A DNA stretch of 12,654 nucleotides from Candidatus Eiseniibacteriota bacterium. GTDB lineage: Bacteria; ARS69. A program made the translations under genes and the position numbers. The notes beneath the pieces were generated by a model. That model did not search any database, was not told where the DNA came from, and worked only from the letters and a program-made list of their open reading frames with translations. How positions within the stretch are numbered: position 1 is the first letter of the stretch; each line of letters begins with the position of its first letter. Shown here piece after piece: positions 8,896 through 12,654 of the stretch. The DNA lies in NCBI GenBank assembly GCA_052390515.1, contig JBQTGV010000188.1, positions 1-12,654 of the forward strand. Reading direction: 5' to 3'.

Positions 8896-10320
8896 ATGAG
8901 AGCGAAGACGATGTCCGGCGGCGAGGTGGAGCTGACGCAGGACGCGCTCGGCAAGTTGAAGGCGCGGATCGCCGGTCCGCTGATCGCCCCGGGCGAAGCC
9001 GGTTACGAGGAGTCCCGCACCGTCTGGAACGCGATGATCGACCGGAAGCCCGCGGTCGTCGTCCGCTGCCTCGGCACCGGCGACGTGATGGAGTGCGTCC
9101 GCTTCGCACGGGAGAACGATCTGCTGCTGTGCATCAAGGGCGGCGGACACAACATCGCCGGGCTGGCCGCGGCCGACGGCGCGCTGATGCTGGACATGTC
9201 GCTCATGCGCGGCGTGTGGGTCGACGCAGCGCGGAGGACCGCGCGGGCGCAGGCAGGCAGCCTCCTCGGCGACGTGGACCGCGAGACCCAGGTGCACGGG
9301 CTCGCCGCCGTCCTCGGATTCGTCTCGCTGACCGGCGTCACCGGGCTCACCCTCGGCGGCGGATTCGGCTACCTGACAAGGCGCTGGGGCTGGACCACGG
9401 ACACGGTCCTGGGGATGGACCTCGTCTCGGCCGACGGACGCCACGTGCGCGCGAGCGGCGACGAGAACCCGGACCTCTTCTGGGGTCTGCGCGGCGGAGG
9501 CGGGAACTTCGGCGTCGTTACGGGCATCGACTACGCGCTCCACCAGGTCGGTCCGGAGATCGTGGGCGGCCTCGTCGCGTGGCCGGCCGCCGAGGCTCCG
9601 CGGGTCCTCGAGCTGTACCGGACCGTGGCGGAGGAGTCGCCGCCCGAGCTGACGCTGGTCTCGCTCATGCGGCCGGCGCCGCCCGCACCGTGGCTTCCGA
9701 AGGAGTGGCACCGCCAGCCGATCATCGCGCTGCTCGCCTGTCACACCGGGAAGCCGGAGGAGGGCGAGAAGGCCGTCGCCCGGATCAAGTCGTTCGGCAA
9801 GCCGATCGGTGACGTGCTGGTGCGGCGCCCGTACGCGCAGATGCAGGCGCTGCTCGACGCCACGCAGCCGAAGGGGCGGCGCTACTACTGGAAGAGCGAG
9901 TATCTCCCGAAGATCGAGCCGTCGCTGTGCGAGAAGGCGATGGAGCATGCGTCGCGGATTCGATCGCCGCACTCCGCCGTGATCTTCTTCCAGATCGGCG
10001 GCGCGCTGAACCGGCTCGACGAGGAGCACTCCCCCGCCGGCAACCGCGATGCGCGCTACGTGCTCAACGTGGCCGGCTCGTGGGAACGGGCGGACGAGGA
10101 TGCGGCGAACATCGAGTGGGCACGGACGGCGTGGACGGACATGAAGCGGTTCTCCACGGGCGGCACGTACATCAATTTCCTGACCGAGGACGACGGCTCG
10201 GAGCGCGTGCAGGCCGCCCTCGGCAAGGCCATCCGGCGCCTGGCCGAGGTCAAGGCGAAGTGGGATCCGCACAACGTGTTCCGCACGAACCGGAACATCG
10301 AGCCCGCCGACGTGCGGTGA
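8896..10320 (+). CDS. FAD-linked oxidoreductase (FAD_binding_4 + BBE domain; 6-hydroxy-D-nicotine oxidase-like)
   Basis: WNAMIDRKP, IKGGGHN (covalent-FAD His), GLTLGGGFG, DLFWGLRGGGGNFGVVT, YINF and KAKWDPHNVF. Confidence 0.93.
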   Translation: MRAKTMSGGEVELTQDALGKLKARIAGPLIAPGEAGYEESRTVWNAMIDRKPAVVVRCLGTGDVMECVRFARENDLLLCIKGGGHNIAGLAAADGALMLDMSLMRGVWVDAARRTARAQAGSLLGDVDRETQVHGLAAVLGFVSLTGVTGLTLGGGFGYLTRRWGWTTDTVLGMDLVSADGRHVRASGDENPDLFWGLRGGGGNFGVVTGIDYALHQVGPEIVGGLVAWPAAEAPRVLELYRTVAEESPPELTLVSLMRPAPPAPWLPKEWHRQPIIALLACHTGKPEEGEKAVARIKSFGKPIGDVLVRRPYAQMQALLDATQPKGRRYYWKSEYLPKIEPSLCEKAMEHASRIRSPHSAVIFFQIGGALNRLDEEHSPAGNRDARYVLNVAGSWERADEDAANIEWARTAWTDMKRFSTGGTYINFLTEDDGSERVQAALGKAIRRLAEVKAKWDPHNVFRTNRNIEPADVR

Positions 10321-10344
10321 CGGCCGGGCGCCCTACTGAGCGCC

Positions 10345-12654
10345 TTACCGCATGATCACCACGCGTTGCTCCGCCGACGAGGCCCCGCCGGAGAGCCGCA
10401 CGAAGTAGACCCCCGGCGTGACCCGCTGTCCCGCCGCGTCGCGGAGATCCCAGACCGCTTCGTAGGTCCCCGGAAGCTGATTCGGGTGGCTGAACAGGGT
10501 CTGCACGCGCCGGCCGGCCACGTTGTACACGTCGAGGCTCGCCGGACCGCGCTGCGGCACCTGGAAGCCGACGTGTGCAGGCACGTTCGTCGGGTTCGCG
10601 CCGGCGAGCCACACTTGGCCGGAGGACAGCGCCTGCGCGAGCGGCGCGCTCACCGAGCCGGGGTTCTGCGCCGCGTTGTCGGGATCGGTTCCCGCGTCGA
10701 GCTCGTCCCGGTCCCAGAACCCGTCCTCGTCCCGGTCGACACCGAGACGGATCAAATGCTGAGGAAGCACCGCCGTGAACGACATCTCCCGGCCGGGTCC
10801 GGCCAGAGCCTGCAGCTGCCCGGTGGTGTACGTCCGCTCCGCGAAGCGGTCCACCCTCCAGGCGTTCGCGCCGGTCCGCATCCATCCCCGCAGCTCGCCG
10901 CGCGCGTCGCGTCCCTTGGCGACGAGGCCCGTCGCTCCGCTGGTGGCGTTGAGCAGCTTCTGCAGGATCGGCTGCACCACGGCAGTGTTCGTCCCGTCCA
11001 TCGTCACCATGACCGCTGCGGCCGGATGAACGCCGCTGGGGAACGCCATCATGAAAGCTTCGACGTCACGGCGCTGGGCGTCGGTCGTGAAACCGGGGAA
11101 GAAGTCGAAGCCCTGGTTGTCGCTCAGGTCGAGGAAGAAATCGAAGTGGTTGGCGAAGGCTCCGTCGTGCAGGAACCCGTACCCGCGAACGGTCTGCCCG
11201 GGCGTGTTCGTGAAGCGCGTCTTCTCGTACTGGTTGCGAAGATGTACCGAGACCATGTCCTGGTTGCCCTGCACGAGCTGCAGCGAGATCAAGGTGTCGC
11301 GGTTCCCGTGGGGCGGCGTGTGGCAGGCGGTGCACTCCGCCGTCCCCGCGAGCATCGCGTTGTTGAACAGGTTGTCGCCGCTCGCCGGATCGGCGCCGCC
11401 GATCGAGGGCAGGTGCCCGCCGTCCAGCGTGCGGTTCGGCTGCGGCGGGAACAGCATGGAGTGCACGAAGCCCTCGAGCTGCTGCATCTCGGAGTCGGTG
11501 AGCTCGCTGGACCGCCCGTGCAGGTCGACGAACGTCGGGTTGAAATCCGCGAGCGTCGTCCTTTCGCCGCGCCAGTGCAGTGCCTCGACGCCCTGCCGCA
11601 GCCCCTGGAGCGTCTGCGTGACCATGGGCCCCTTCATCGGGTGGTACCCGATACCGGGAGGCGCGTTCGGCGTCGGCGACGTGGGCTTCGGCGGAAGCAC
11701 GACGCCCAGCGGGTTGCCCAGATCCCACGCGATCCCGTCCATCTTGCCGAAGACGTGGCACGTCGCGCAGGAGTTGTCCCCGTGCGCGGAGCTCAGCTCC
11801 CCATCGTAGATGAACTTGCGGCCGTTCACGATGTCGGGGTGGCTGGGGTCGTGCCCGAGCCGCAGCTCGTAGGACGAGTCGTCGGTGAGGTCGACGACGG
11901 AAAGCGTGCTCGCGAAGCGGTTCACCACGTAGAGCGCGTTGCGCGTCTCGTCCAGCGCGAGCCCGCTGGGGCCGTCACCCACGACGATGCGCCGCGTCAC
12001 GTTCCCCGCGGAGTTGAGCACGCCGACCTTCCTCGATCCCATGGCGGCCACGTAGATCGTCGAGCCGTCCGCGGAGATGTCCATGTCCAGCGGGATCGAC
12101 AGGCTGAGCGCGCGCTCCGTCGGATTGCCGGCGGGATCGCTGTAGTCGATGTGGGAGTTCAGGTGTACCGGTGTCACGGTGTCCGCCGCCGGATCGACCA
12201 GCGTCACGCGGGCCTGCGTGAACCTGCCCTTGAGGTTCTGCTCGAAGCGGACCTCGTTGATGGCCTCCTGGTTCGTCACGTACAGCACGCCGGTCACGGG
12301 ATGGACGGCGATGTTGAACAGCGTGGTGCCGACGCCGCGATGGAACCCGCTGACGGCCAGCGTGGACGTGTCGATCTCGATGATGTCGTGGTCATAGAGC
12401 GTGTAGGGCAGGCCCCAGTTCTTGCCGGTCTCATCCACCCAGGACGTGCCGTTGTAGCGGACGATCAGCGCTTCGTCGGGTTGCGGCGGCAGCGTGGGGT
12501 CCATCGGCGGGTTCGGGGGAGGCGCTCCGCCGCCCGCCAGCACGTCCTCCCAGCGCACGACCGACGTCTCGTTCTGGCTGTCGAGCGCCGCGACGTAGAG
12601 CTTCGAGCCGTCCGGAGAAAGCGCGAGCGACCGGGGGTCGCTGTGCAGGAGCGG
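10345..12654 (-). CDS. Large secreted beta-propeller (YncE/YVTN-like) + di-haem cytochrome c protein with C-terminal FlgD-Ig domain, 5'-partial
   Basis: The frame is open to the window end (PRSLALSPDGSKLYVA...). It has propeller repeats, two haem motifs CATCH and CTACH, KGPMVTQTL/LHWRG, HDG, a TSP3-like DRDEDGFWDRDELDAGTDP, and VYNVAGRRV..WDLRDAAGQRVTPGVYFVRL. Confidence 0.85.
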   Translation of the reverse strand, partial: PLLHSDPRSLALSPDGSKLYVAALDSQNETSVVRWEDVLAGGGAPPPNPPMDPTLPPQPDEALIVRYNGTSWVDETGKNWGLPYTLYDHDIIEIDTSTLAVSGFHRGVGTTLFNIAVHPVTGVLYVTNQEAINEVRFEQNLKGRFTQARVTLVDPAADTVTPVHLNSHIDYSDPAGNPTERALSLSIPLDMDISADGSTIYVAAMGSRKVGVLNSAGNVTRRIVVGDGPSGLALDETRNALYVVNRFASTLSVVDLTDDSSYELRLGHDPSHPDIVNGRKFIYDGELSSAHGDNSCATCHVFGKMDGIAWDLGNPLGVVLPPKPTSPTPNAPPGIGYHPMKGPMVTQTLQGLRQGVEALHWRGERTTLADFNPTFVDLHGRSSELTDSEMQQLEGFVHSMLFPPQPNRTLDGGHLPSIGGADPASGDNLFNNAMLAGTAECTACHTPPHGNRDTLISLQLVQGNQDMVSVHLRNQYEKTRFTNTPGQTVRGYGFLHDGAFANHFDFFLDLSDNQGFDFFPGFTTDAQRRDVEAFMMAFPSGVHPAAAVMVTMDGTNTAVVQPILQKLLNATSGATGLVAKGRDARGELRGWMRTGANAWRVDRFAERTYTTGQLQALAGPGREMSFTAVLPQHLIRLGVDRDEDGFWDRDELDAGTDPDNAAQNPGSVSAPLAQALSSGQVWLAGANPTNVPAHVGFQVPQRGPASLDVYNVAGRRVQTLFSHPNQLPGTYEAVWDLRDAAGQRVTPGVYFVRLSGGASSAEQRVVIMR

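Noticed and set aside
8794-10272. 492-aa minus-strand ORF and other overlapping Arg-rich ORFs
   Set aside because: Shadows of the FAD oxidase; low-complexity Arg/Pro/Gly composition.

Overview
High-GC bacterial DNA, possibly FCB-group such as Eisenbacteria/Krumholzibacteriota/Latescibacterota (a weak inference from the C-terminal FlgD-Ig sorting-type domain). The left flank holds an HTH-MNT/HEPN toxin-antitoxin pair, mtnP and a DUF2914 gene. The centre (~2647-6790) is an integron-type gene cassette array with no integrase in the window. It has two well-formed attC sites (3146-3245, 3888-3948), and each cassette's core and inverse-core ends match over 9 bp. Cassette 1 carries a stand-alone PIN nuclease. 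Cassette 2 carries DUF2752 plus a 56-aa LITAF/BRI3-like zinc-membrane protein missed by the ORF track. A probable third, ~2.8-kb cassette closed by a degenerate attC carries the most interesting module: a Hanks-type Ser/Thr kinase fused to a predicted TIM-barrel with a TGT-like CxCxxC..H zinc site, convergent with a PD-(D/E)XK nuclease that has an inserted winged HTH. This pair is a candidate undescribed anti-phage/conflict system. The right flank holds a 5'-truncated S41 peptidase remnant, a GNAT, a lipoprotein, a BBE-type FAD oxidase and a large beta-propeller/di-haem cytochrome c protein that runs off the window. All family calls come from reading motifs by eye; no searches were run.
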